The notes under the pieces were generated by a model. That model saw only the letters and a program-made list of their open reading frames with translations. It was not told the DNA's origin and did not search any database. A DNA stretch of 64,000 bases from Eledone cirrhosa (lineage: Eukaryota), in NCBI GenBank assembly GCA_964016885.1, contig OZ024759.1:26784001-26848000 (forward strand). The letters are read 5' to 3'. Below, piece after piece: positions 37,297-49,957 of the stretch. Within the stretch, counting starts at the first letter, position 1, and every line of letters starts with the position of its first letter. The position numbers and the translations under genes were made by a program.

Positions 37297-40200
37297 TCAG
37301 AATTATTAGCCACAGGGGCAGAGATGTCCATAACATTACATGTCAGAATTATTAGCCACAGGGGCAGAGATGTCCATAACATTACATGTCAGAATTATTA
37401 GCCACAGGGGCAGAGATGTCCATAACATTACATGACAGATTTATTAGCCACAGGGGCAGAGATGTCCATAACATTACATGTCAGAATTATTAGCCATAGG
37501 GGCAGAGATGTCCATAACATTACATGACAGATTTATTAGCCACAGGGGCAGAGATGTCCATAACATTACATGTCAGATTTATTAGCCACAGGGGCAGAGA
37601 TGTCCATAACATTACATGTCAGAATTATTAGCCACAGGGGCAGAGATGTCCATAACATTACATGACAGATTTATTAGCCACAGGGGCAGAGATGTCCATA
37701 ACATTACATGACAGAATTATTAGCCACAGGGGCAGCGATGTCCATAACATTACATGACAGAATTATTAGCCACAGGGGCAGGGATTTCCATAACATTACA
37801 TGACAATTATTAGCCCCAGGGGCAGATATGTCCATAACATTACATGACAGACTTTCATCTCGCGCTCTCTCTCTCTCGTTTCATCTCGCGCTCTCTCTCT
37901 TCCTCTCTCTCGTTTCATCTTGCTCTCTCTCTCGTTTCATCTCGCGTTCTCTCTCTTCCTCTCTCTCGTTTCATCTCGCTCTCTCTCTCGTTTCATCTCT
38001 GTCTTCCTCTCTCTCGTTCCATCTCTCTCTTCCTCTCTCTCGTTCCATCTCTCTCTTCCTCTCTCTCGTTTTATCTCTCTCTCTCGTTTCATCTCTATCT
38101 CCCTCGTTTCATCTGTCTCTCTCTCTGTCGTTTCATCTCCCTCTATCTCTCTCTCGCTCTCTCGTTTCATCTCTCTCTCCCTCTCGTTTCATCTCGCTCT
38201 CTCTCTCCTGTTTCATCTCGCTCTCTCTCTCCTGTTTCATCTCGCTCTCTACTCTCGTTTCCTCTCTCTCGTATCCTCTCTCTCGTTTCCTCTCTCTCTC
38301 GTTTCCTCTCTCTCTCTCGTTTCCTCTAGCTCTCACTCTCTCGTTTCATCTCGCTCTCTCTCTCTCATTTCATCTCGCTCTCTCTCTCTCGTTTCATCTC
38401 GCTCTAATCTGTCTCGTTTCATTTCGCTCTCTCTCTCTCTCGTTTCATTTCGCTCTCTCTGTCTCGTTTCATCTCGCTCTCTCTCTCTCTCATTTCAACT
38501 CGCTCTCTCTCTCTCATTTCATCTCGCTCTCTCTCTCTCGTTTCATCTCGCTCTCACTCTCTCTTCCTCTCTCTCTCTTGTTTCAACACTCTAATCCCTC
38601 ACTTGTTTCATCTCTCTCTTATCCCTCACTTGTTTCATCTCTCTCAGAATTATTAGCCACAGGGGCAGAGATATCCATAACATTACATGTCAGAATTATT
38701 AGCCACAGGGGCAGAGATGTCCATAACATTACATGACAGATTTATTAGCCACAGGTGCAGAGATGTCCATAACATTACATGACGAATTTATTAGCCACAG
38801 GGGCAGAGATGTCCATAACATTACATGACAGAATTATTAGCCACAGGGGGCAGAGATGTCCATAACATTACATGACATAATTATTAGCCACAGGGGCAGA
38901 GATGTCCATAACATTACATGACAGAATTATTTGCCACAGGGGCAGAGATGTACATAACATTACATGACAATTATTAGCCCCAAGGGCAGATATGTCCATA
39001 ACATTACATGACAATTATTAGCCCCAAGGGCAGATATGTCCATAACATTACATGACAGACTTTCATCTCGCGCTCTCTCTCTTCCTCTCTCTCGTTTCAT
39101 CTCGCTCTCTCTCTCTCGTTTCATCTCGCGCTCTCTCTCTTCCTCTCTCTCGTTTCATCTCGCTCTCTCTCTCTCTCGTTTCATATCTGTCTTCCTCTCT
39201 CTCGGTCCATCTCTCTATTCCTCTCTCTCTCGTTTCATCTAGCTATCACTCTCTCGTTTCATCTCCCTCTATCTCTCTCTCGCTCTCTCGTTTCATCTCT
39301 CCCTCCCTCTCATTTCATCTCGCTCTCTCTCTCCGGTTTCATCTCGCTCTCTCTCTCTCCTGTTTCATCTTGCTCTCTACCCTCGTTTCCTCTCTCTCGT
39401 TTCCTCTCTCTCGTTTCCTCTCTCTCGTTTCCTCTCTCTCTCGTTTCCTCTCTCTCTCGTTTCATCTAGCTCTCACTCTCTCGTTTCATCTCGCTCTCTC
39501 TGACTCGTTCCATCTCGCTCTCACTCTCTCGTTTCATCTCGCTCTCTCTCTCTCATTTCATCTCGCTCTCTCTCTCTCATTTCATCTCGATCTCTCTGTC
39601 TCGTTTCATCCCGCTCTCTCTGTCTCGTTTCATCTCGCTCTCTCTCTCTCATTTCATCTCGCTCTCTCTCTCTCATTTCATCTCGCTCTCTCTCTCTCTC
39701 TCGTTTCATCTCACTCTCAATCTCTCATTTCATCTCGCTCTCTCTCATTTCATCTCGCGCTCTCTCTCTTCCTCTCTCTCGTTTCATCTCGCGCTCTCTC
39801 TCTTCCTCTCTCTCGTGTCATCTCGCTCTCGCTCTCTCTCTCGTTTCATCTTGCGCTCTCTCTCTTCCTCTCTCTCGTTTCATCTCGATCTCTCTCTGTC
39901 TCGTTTCATCTCTGTCTTCCTCTCGCTCGTTCCATCTCTCTCTTCCTCTCTCTCGTTCCAACTCTCTCTTCCTCTCTCTCGTTTCATCTCTCTCTCTCGT
40001 TTCATCTCTGTCTTCCTCTCTCTCGTTCCATCTCTCTCTTCCTCTCTCTCGTTCCATCTCTCTCTTCCTCTCTCTCGTTTCATCTCTCTCTCTCGTTTCA
40101 TCTCTATCTCCCGCGTTTCATCTGTCTCTCTCTCTGTCGTTTCATCTCCCTCTATCTCTCTCTCGCTCTCTCGTTTCATCTCTCTCTCCCTCTCGTTTCA

Positions 40201-42146
40201 TCTCGCTCTCTCTCTCCTGTTTCATCTCGCTCTCTCTCTCCTGTTTCATCTCGCTCTCTACTCTCGTTTCCTCTCTCTCGTTTCGTCTCTCTCGTTTCCT
40301 CTCTCTCTCGTTTCATCTAGCTCTCCCACTCTTGTTTCATCTCGCTCTCTCTGTCTCGTTTCATCTCGCTCTCACTCTCTCGTTTCATCTCGCTCTCTCT
40401 CTCTCATTTCATCTCGCTCTCTCTCTCTCATTTCATCTCGCTCTCTCTCTCTCTCGTTTCATCTCGCTCTCTCTGTCTCGTTTCATCTCGCTCTCGCTCT
40501 CTCTGTCTCGTTTCATCCCGCTCTCTCTGTCTCGTTTCATCTCGCTCTCTCTCTCTCATTTCATCTCGCTCTCTCTCTCTCATTTCATCTCGCTCTCTCT
40601 CTCTCTCTCGTTTCATCTCGCTCTCACTCTCTCATTTCATCTCGCTCTCTCTCGTTTGATTTCGCTCTCACTCTCTCTTCCTCTCTCTCTCTTGTTTCAA
40701 CACTCTAATCCCTCACTTGTTTCATCTCTCTCTAATCCCTCACTTGTTTCATCTCTCTCAGAATTATTAGCCACAGGGGCAGAGATGTCCATAACATTAC
40801 ATGTCAGAATTATTAGCCACAGGGGCAGAGATGTCCATAACATTACATGACAGATTTATTAGCCACAGGGGCAGAGATGTCCATAACATTACATGACGAA
40901 TTTATTAGCCACAGGGGCAGAGATGTCCATAACATTACATGTCAGAATTATTAGCTACAGGGGCAGAGATGTCCATAACATTACATGTCAGAATTATTAG
41001 CCACAGGGGCAGAGATGTCCATAACATTACATGACAGATTTATTAGCCACAGGGGCAGAGATGTCCGTAACATTAAATGACAGATTTATTAGCCACAGGG
41101 GCAGAGATTCCATAACATTACATGTCAGAATTATTAGCCACAGGGGCAGAGATTTCCATAACATTACTTGACAGAATTATTAGCCACAGGGGCAGAGATG
41201 TCCATAACATTACATGACAGAATTATTAGCCACAGGGGCAGAGATGTCCATAACATTACATGACAATTATTAGCCCCAGGGGCAGATATGTCCATGACAG
41301 AGTTTCATCTCTCGCTCTCTCTCTTCCTCTCTCTCGTTTCATCTCGCTCTCTCTCTCGTTTCATCTCGCTCTCTCTCTCTCTCGTTTCACCTCTGTCTTC
41401 TTCTCTCTCGTTTCATCTCTCTCTTCCTCTCTCTCGTTCTATCTCTCTCTTCCTCTCTCTCGTTTCATCTCTCTCTCTCGTTTCAACTCTATATCCCTCG
41501 TTTCATCTGTCTCTCTCTCTGTCGTTTCATTTCCCTCTATCTCTCTCTCGCTCTCTCGTTTCATCTCTCTCTCCCTCTCGTTTCATCTCGCTCTCTCTCT
41601 CCTGTTTCATCTCGCTCTCTCTCTCCTGTTTCATCTCGCTCTCTACTCACGTCTCCTCTCTCTCGTTTCCCCTCTTTCTCGTTTCATCTCTCTCTCGTTT
41701 CATCTCTCTATGTCTCATTTCATCTCGCTCTCTCTCTCTCTCATTTCATCTCGTTCTCTCTCTCTCTCATTTCATCTCGCTCTCACTCTCTCGTTTCATC
41801 TCGCTCTCTCACTCTCGTTTCATCTCGCACTCTCTCTCTCGTTTCATCTCTCTCTCTCTCTCATTTCATCTCGCTCTGTGTCTCGTGTCATCTCGCTCTC
41901 TCTGTCTCTCGTTTCATCTCGCTCTCACTCTCTCGTTTCATCTCACTCTAACTCTCTCATTTCATCTCGCTCTCCCTGTCTCGTTTCATCTCGCTCCCAC
42001 TCTCTCATTTCATCTCACTCTCTTTCTCTCATTTCATCTCGCTCTCTCGCTCTTGTTTCAACACTCTAATCCCTCACTTGTTTCATCTCTCTCTAATCCC
42101 TCACTTGTTTCATCTCTCTCTTGTTTCAATTCTTTCTCTCTCTCTC

Positions 42147-42199
<53 letters not shown>

Positions 42200-42520
42200 A
42201 TCCCCTCTCTCTTTCTCTCCCCTCTCTCTGTTGTTTCATCCCTCACCCTCTTGTTTCATCCCCTTCTCTCCCTCTCTCTCTCTTCCCCTCTATCTCTATT
42301 CCTCTCTCTCATCCCCTCTCTCTCTCTTCCTCTCTCTCTCTCTCTTCCTCTCTCCCCTCACCCTCTTGTTTCAACTCTCTCCTCGTTTCAACTCTCTCCT
42401 CGTTTCAACTCTCTCTCTCTCCTCTCGTTTCAACTCTCTCTCTCTCCTCGTGTTTCAACCATCTCCTCTCTTGTTTCAACTCTCTCACCTCTCGTTTCAA
42501 CTCTCTCTCTCTCTGTCTCC
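37297..42520. repeat. Right arm of modular satellite block, inverted: 3 CT-rich blocks alternating with reverse-complement 46-bp arrays
   Basis: CAGAATTATTAGCCACAGGGGCAGAGATGTCCATAACATTACATG units, with CT blocks at ~37851, 39059 and 41301. Confidence 0.93.
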
Positions 42521-43409
42521 AATGTGTATACCGATATATATACCGAAGAATGTACATAAACACACATGCATACACGCATGTGTATATATATATACATACA
42601 TGTGTCTCTCTCTCTCCCTATATATATGTACATATGTGTAAATATGTACATACATATTAGTGTATATATATTGCTATCTATATGCATATTTGTATTAATT
42701 ATACTGTATGGTGAATTGGCAGTATCGGTAGAGGGTCTGACGCCATGCTTTCCAGCATAGTTACGTCCCTTTACGATCCGAGGTCAACTTTGCCTTTCAT
42801 CCTTACGGGGTCGATAAAATAAAGTACCAGTAATGTACTGGTTAATTACTGACCTTGTGCCTAAAATAGAAACAATTATTAGTTCAAAGAGAAACCACCA
42901 TCATAGAGAAACCACCATCCTACCTGAAATATTATGTTATCATATTAAATATTTCTTATACTGTCATGTTTTTTCTTTAAAACGATTGCATTTCAATAAA
43001 GTGAAGAAAACTATTATATACTGTTGTTATATCATTATACTTTAGTTTTAACTTATTATTTCTATGTGTATAAATATAATGTATGTAAGTGTGTTTGAAA
43101 ATATATAATAATAATATGCATGTTTGAAGCAGGGTTCAACTGAAATATCTACACCGGTAACTTAATTAGTGTTACACCTTAGGCATAAACTATTTGGCAT
43201 TCTTTGAAGGAGGTACTAGGTTTTTCACTGTCTTAAATGGAGTATACACGCGCACACGATGCATATATATAAATTGTTTTTCTCTGTACAAAGAGATTGA
43301 CATCATTTCTTAAATCATTATTTAGGGTTTTACAACAAAACATATTGTATGTGTAATTATACAAATTGAATTTAAGTATTTATTTTAAAATTTTACATAC
43401 ACTTTAGTA

Positions 43410-43450
<41 letters not shown>

Positions 43451-43455
43451 TTTGT

Positions 43456-44200
43456 GATGCCATGCATTGTATTGTACACTTCGACATATGAATTACGTTC
43501 ATGCAACACTTCTCTTATCATAGCCATTTTTTGTGGTGAGCAGTCATTATTTGTTGGTACTAGGGCAGTGGATTGGCAGTATCGGTAGAGCGCCAGACAC
43601 CATGCTTTACAGCATAGGGTTATGGCCATTTACGTTCTGGGTTCAAATCCCTCCAAGGTTGATTTGTTTTCATCCTTATGAGGTCGATAGAATAAAGTAC
43701 CAGTAATTGCTGGCCTTGTGCCAGAAACAATTATTTGGTTGTACTTCCAATCTGTGCTACATACCTTCGTTCCCATCAATAATATATAACTGGCCATATT
43801 GTGGTGTATTTTCTGCAGGTTACAGAGATGGGGGTGTAGTGATATGTTTGACCCTGAATATGAAAGCTATACGGGCCTCTGCCGGGTGGTAACACCAAAT
43901 GAAGTGAAATAAATGTAGTTTTAATTGCAGATGTTTCTGTGAAATCAACTGCTTCCTGGCCTCTTTCAAAGAGATTTCTCAGTCTCTCAGGGTATATTTG
44001 CAATGGTGGCAACACAACCTTTCCTTTATTACAACAGTTACAATTTTCATTTCTAAATTTCAAAGCTCCACAGTGATCACACGAAACATTCATATCACTA
44101 ATATGAAATTCTTCTACATTTCCATTAATATTAATTGTTGGCCAATTTCTCTTACAACGCTCATTATCCATTCTTCTCTGTCTGAATGTTTTCCATTCTG
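43456..44200 (-). mobile_element. Helitron N-terminal fragment (copy 4, with SINE)
   Basis: ORF 43776-44171 CDHCGALKF...GPYSFHIQGQTYH. It resumes at the same TGATGCCATG junction as copy 2. Confidence 0.88.
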
Positions 44201-45788
44201 TTGTTTATTATGTAATTAAATAGCTCTGTACAATACATAGAGCACTCTTCTTTTCTTTACCTTTTCTATGGAAATACAAGAACAAACATGTAAATATATA
44301 TATGTGTGTGTATATATATAAACAAGACTGTTATTGCTCCAACCAGTCTATTTACCTTTGATAACTATCCTAAATATAAATACACCTATACCATACATAC
44401 ATATATCATATATGTTTTTGATGCCGTGGTATAGCAGAGATAAGCAAGAAGAGAAAAGAAAATGAAAAGGAGAAAAAAAAAGAAGTAAGAAGTCGGGGGA
44501 GGGACAGACACTTCACCCCAGTCTAAGTGGTCCCTCAGCCGCAACCTGTGGAAGAAACGTAAAAGCGTTACCTCGGAGCAAGGCCAGAGACACCTGCTAC
44601 AATAGTCGCCCCTCCTCATGAGGCTCCTGTCATCTTTCCTCCCGACTTTATGGAGGAAATCAGCAGTACACGGACCAAGTATGGCAGAGGTCTCAATGGA
44701 GTGGAAGAGGTGAGTCAGGCCTTGGTACTATCTTACTATCCTCTGCATTGCGGGGTGTGGAGCCTAGGTTTGTGGCTGTAGCTATATTTGAACTTTTATA
44801 TGAAATTTCAGTTTTATATTATTCACATCATAAAACTTAATCTTAGTCTTTTGCAGCTCATCTTGTTTCATCTCGCAGCACACGATTTGGGAACCACTGC
44901 TCTAGAGATAGAAAAAGTATATTTTATGCAGGGCTTCCCTGAGACATAAAAACTATTTCAAGAGATCGACATGGGTAGAAAGGTTGAGAAATGCTGCACA
45001 ATGTTCTTTGGTTTTTGTTCACCTTTAAATAATCATGTATAAAATATCGGGTGTGCAAGATTTCATGAAAAGGTATAACATTATTTATGCTGGTCTTGCA
45101 GGGACTAGCTCCAATTGAGAGTTGTACCAATTCCCACTAAACTCGAAACTCCTGGACAATATATACATATCTTTATAAGTTCCTGTGTATTGTGTCGCTG
45201 TATAATGAAACATAAATATATACCATGCATGTCAGTCAGATTTGAACTCACTATATTTGGCGTTTTATAGATATAATTTGTTTGTTAAAACAATTGATTA
45301 AATAATAACTAAATAAAATTAATTCTACAATCCTGGATAGGGAATGAACTTATAACTTCATAATAGAAGCCATCTATTCGAGCAGTATTGCCATCTAAGC
45401 CACCAGGTTACTTACAGAACTTCATTCAAATATAAAATATAAAATATATGCCAGACATAGTGAGTTCGAATCTGACTGATTAGTTGGTCATTGTCCCAGC
45501 CAACAGTTTAAATCGCCAACCAGTAGGTGACATCGACTAGGTTGGGAAAACTTGGTTAAGTAGCTCCAGTTATTGCTACGTTAGACATATTCAAGACTTA
45601 TCGACACCGAATGGAAGAAAGGTAAAGTTGAACTCAGAGTAAAGAACTGGAAAAATACTGCAAAGAATTCTATCTGATGTTCTAACAATTCTACCAAATT
45701 ACCTTATGTATATATATTTATATCTAGAGATAAGAAGAAAACTGAAAGAAAGAAAAGAAAAAAAATGAGACCTTATATGTAACCCATG

Positions 45789-47030
45789 TTACAACTCAAT
45801 ATATATATATTTGGGTTGTAACATATTCCCGCCGGTGAAGTAAAAATTTTAATAGAAAAACGGCGGGAATATATGTTACAACCCAATCTATATATATTTG
45901 AGTTGTAACATATATTCCCGCCGTTGAAATAAAAATGTTAATAGAAAAACGGCGGGAATATATGTTACAATCCAATCTACATATATTTGGGTTGTAACAT
46001 ATATTCCCGCCGTTGAAATAAAAATTTTAATAGAAAAACGGCGGGAATATATGTTACAACCCAATCTATATATATTTGGGTTGTAACATATATTCCCGCC
46101 GTTTTTCTATTAAAATGTTTATTTCAACGGCGGGAATATATGTTACAACCCAAATATATGTAGATTGGGTTGTAACATATATTCCCGCCGTTTTTCTATT
46201 AAAATTTTTATTTCAACGGCGGGAATATATGTTACAACCCAAATATATATAGTTTCGTTGTAACATATATTCCCGCCGTTTTTCTATTAAAATTTTTATT
46301 TCAACGGCGGGAATATATGTTACAACCCAAATATATATAGATTGGGTTGTAACATATATTCCCGCCGTTTTTCTATTAAAATTTTTATTTCAACGGCGGG
46401 AATATATGTTACAACCCAAATATATGTAGTTTGGGTTGTAACATATATTCCCGCCGTTTTTCTATTAAAATTTTTATTTCAACGGTGGGAATATATGTTA
46501 CAACTCAAATATATATAGATAGGGTTGTAACATATATTCCCGCCGTTTTTCTATTAACATTTTTATTTCAACGGCGGGAATATATGTTACAACCCAAATA
46601 TATGTAGTTTGAGTTGTAACATATATTCCCGCCGTTTTTCTATTAAAATTTTTATTTCAACGGCGGGAATATATGTTACAACTCAAATATATATAGATAG
46701 GGTTGTAACATATATTCCCGCCGTTTTTCTATTAACATTTTTATTTCAACGGCGGGAATATATGTTACAACCCAAATATATATAGATTGGGTTGTAACAT
46801 ATATTCCCGCTGTTTTTCTATTAACATTTTTATTTCAACGGCGGGAAAGTATGTTACAACTCAAATATATATAGATTGGGTTGTAACATATATTCCCGCC
46901 GTTTTTCTATTAAAATATTTATTTCAACGGCGGGAATATATGTTACAACCCAAAAATATGTAGATTAGGTTGTAACATATATTCCCGCCGTTTTTCTATT
47001 AAAATTTTTATTTCAACGGCGGGAATATAT
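45789..47030. repeat. Array of ~14 x 89-bp palindromic (hairpin) units
   Basis: 28-bp arm AACGGCGGGAATATATGTTACAACCCAA, 11-nt loop, reverse-complement arm, 22-bp A/T spacer. Period checked at 45861 to 45950. Confidence 0.95.
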
Positions 47031-47050
47031 ACCCTGAGAGACTGAGAAAT

Positions 47051-47407
47051 CTCTTTCAAAGAGATTTCTCAGTCTCTCAGGGTATATTTGCAATGGTGGC
47101 AACACAACCTTTCCTTTATTACAACAGTTACAATTTTCATTTCTAAATTTCAAAGCTCCACAGTGATCACACGAAACATTCATATCACTAATATGAAATT
47201 CTTCTACATTTCCATTAATATTAATTGTTGGCCAATTTCTCTTACGACGCTCATTATCCATTCTTCTCAGTCTGAATGTTTTCCATTCTAAGTCTATTTG
47301 CATGGAATAATTATATTCTGTTGTTTATTATGTAATTAAATAGCTCTGTACAATACATAGAGCATTCTTCTTTTCTTTACCTTTTCTATGGAAATACAAG
47401 AACAAAC

Positions 47408-47441
<34 letters not shown>

Positions 47442-48917
47442 ATATACATAAACAAGGCTGTTATTGCTCCAACCAGTCTATTTACCTTTGATAACTATCC
47501 TAAATATAAATACACCTATACCATACATACATATATCATATATGTTTTTGATGCCGTGGTATAGCAGAGATAAGCAAGAAGAGAAAAGAAAATGAAAAGG
47601 AGAAAAAAAAGAAGTAAGAAGTCGGGGGAGGGACAGACACTTCACCCCAGTTTAAGTGGTCCCTCAGCCGCAACCTGTGGAAGAAACGTAAAAGCGTTAC
47701 CTCGGAGCAAGGCCAGAGACACCTGCTACAATAGTCGCCCCTCCTCATGAGGCTCCTGTCGTCTTTCCTCCCGACTTTATGGAGGAAATCAGCAGTACAG
47801 GGACCAAGTATGGCAGAGGTCTCAATGGAGTGGACGAGGTGAGTCAGGCCTTGGTACTATCTTACTATCCTCTGCATTGCGGGGTGTGGAGCCTAGGTTT
47901 GTGGCTGTAGCTATATTTGAACTTTTATATGAAATTTCAGTTTTATATTTTTCACATCATAAAACTTAATCTTAGTCTTTTGCAGCTCATCTTGTTTCAT
48001 CTCGCAGCACACGATTTGGGAACCACTGCTCTAGAGATAGAAAAAGTATATTTTATGCAGGGCTTCCCTGAGACATAAAAACTATTTCAAGAGATCGACA
48101 TGGGTAGAAAGGTTGAGAAATGCTGCACAATGTTCTTTGGTTTTTGTTCACCTTTAAATAATCATGTATAAAATATCGGGTGTGTAAGATTTCATGAAAA
48201 GGTATAACATTATTTATGCTGGTCTTGCAGGGACTAGCTCCAATTGAGAGTTGTACCAATTCCCACTAAACTCGAAACTCCTGGACAATATATACATATC
48301 TTTATAAGTTCCTGTGTATTGTGTCGCTGTATAATGAAACATAAATATATACCATGCATGTCAGTCAGATTTGAACTCACTATATTTGGCGTTTTATAGA
48401 CATAATTTGTTTGTTAAAACAATTGATTAAATAATAACTAAATAAAATTAATTCTACAATCCTGGATAGGGAATGAACTTATAACTTCATAATAGAAGCC
48501 ATCTATTCGAGCAGTATTGCCATCTAAGCCACCAGGTTACTTACAGAACTTCATTCAAATATAAAATATAAAATATATGCCAGACATAGTGAGTTCGAAT
48601 CTGACTGATTAGTTGGTCATTGTCCCAGCCAACAGTTTAAATCGCCAACCAGTAGGTGACATCGACTAGGTTGGGAAAACTTGGTTAAGTAGCTCCAGTT
48701 ATTGCTACGTTAGACATATTCAAGACTTATCGACACCGAATGGAAGAAAGGTAAAGTTGAACTCAGAGTAAAGAACTGGAAAGATACTGCAAAGAATTCT
48801 ATCTGATGTTCTAACAATTCTACCAAATTACCTTATGTATATATATTTATATCTAGAGATAAGAAGAAAACTGAAAGAAAGAAAAGAAAAAAAATGAGAC
48901 CTTATATGTAACCCATG
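47051..48917 (-). mobile_element. Truncated Helitron-unit fragment in 2.5-kb tandem repeat (also 49557-51435 and from 52075)
   Basis: Near-identical to 6093-7935. ORFs at 47013, 49519 and 52327 end recur with ~2506-2518 bp period. Confidence 0.9.
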
Positions 48918-49536
48918 TTACAACTCAATATATATATATTTGGGTTGTAACATATTCGCGCCGGTGAAGTAAAAATTTTAATAGAAAAACGGCGGGAATA
49001 TATGTTACAACCCAATCTATATATATTTGAGTTGTAACATATATTCCCGCCGTTGAAATAAAAATTTTAATAGAAAAACGGCGGGAATATATGTTACAAT
49101 CCAATCTACATATATTTGGGTTGTAACATATATTCCCGCCGTTGAAATAAAAATTTTAATAGAAAAACGGCGGGAATATATGTTACAACCCAATCTATAT
49201 ATATTTGGGTTGTAACATATATTCCCGCCGTTTTTCTATTAAAATGTTTATTTCAACGGCGGGAATATATGTTACAACCCAAATATATGTAGATTGGGTT
49301 GTAACATATATTCCCGCCGTTTTTCTATTAAAATTTTTATTTCAACGGCGGGAATATATGTTACAACCCAAATATATATAGTTTCGTTGTAACATATATT
49401 CCCGCCGTTTTTCTATTAAAATTTTTATTTCAACGGCAGGAATATATGTTACAACCCAAATATATATAGATTGGGTTGTAACATATATTCCCGCCGTTTT
49501 TCTATTAAAATTTTTATTTCAACGGCGGGAATATAT
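48918..49536. repeat. 89-bp palindromic array, ~7 units
   Basis: Same unit and junctions as 45789-47030. Confidence 0.95.
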
Positions 49537-49910
49537 ACCCTGAGAGACTGAGAAATCTCTTTCAAAGAGATTTCTCAGTCTCTCAGGGTATATTTGCAAT
49601 GGTGGCAACACAACCTTTCCTTTAGTACAACAGTTACAATTTTCATTTCTAAATTTCAAAGCTCCACAGTGATCACACGAAACATTCATATCACTAATAT
49701 GAAATTCTTCTACATTTCCATTAATATTAATTGTTGGCCAATTTCTCTTACGACGCTCATTATCCATTCTTCTCAGTCTGAATGTTTTCCATTCTAAGTC
49801 TATTTGCATGGAATAATTATATTCTGTTGTTTATTATGTAATTAAATAGCTCTGTACAATACATAGAGCATTCTTCTTTTCTTTACCTTTTCTATGGAAA
49901 TACAAGAACA

Positions 49911-49957
<47 letters not shown>

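Noticed and set aside
28437-42660. Long Ser/Leu/Phe-rich and Glu/Arg-rich ORFs (up to 485 aa), also at 15.5-16.9 kb and 62-64 kb
   Set aside because: They are open in several frames at once because (CT)n/(GA)n DNA lacks stop codons. There is no domain signal and the frame is not conserved between modules.
45789-47030. CRISPR-like look of palindromic repeats with spacers
   Set aside because: Spacers are essentially identical, not unique. There are no cas genes and the context is eukaryotic.
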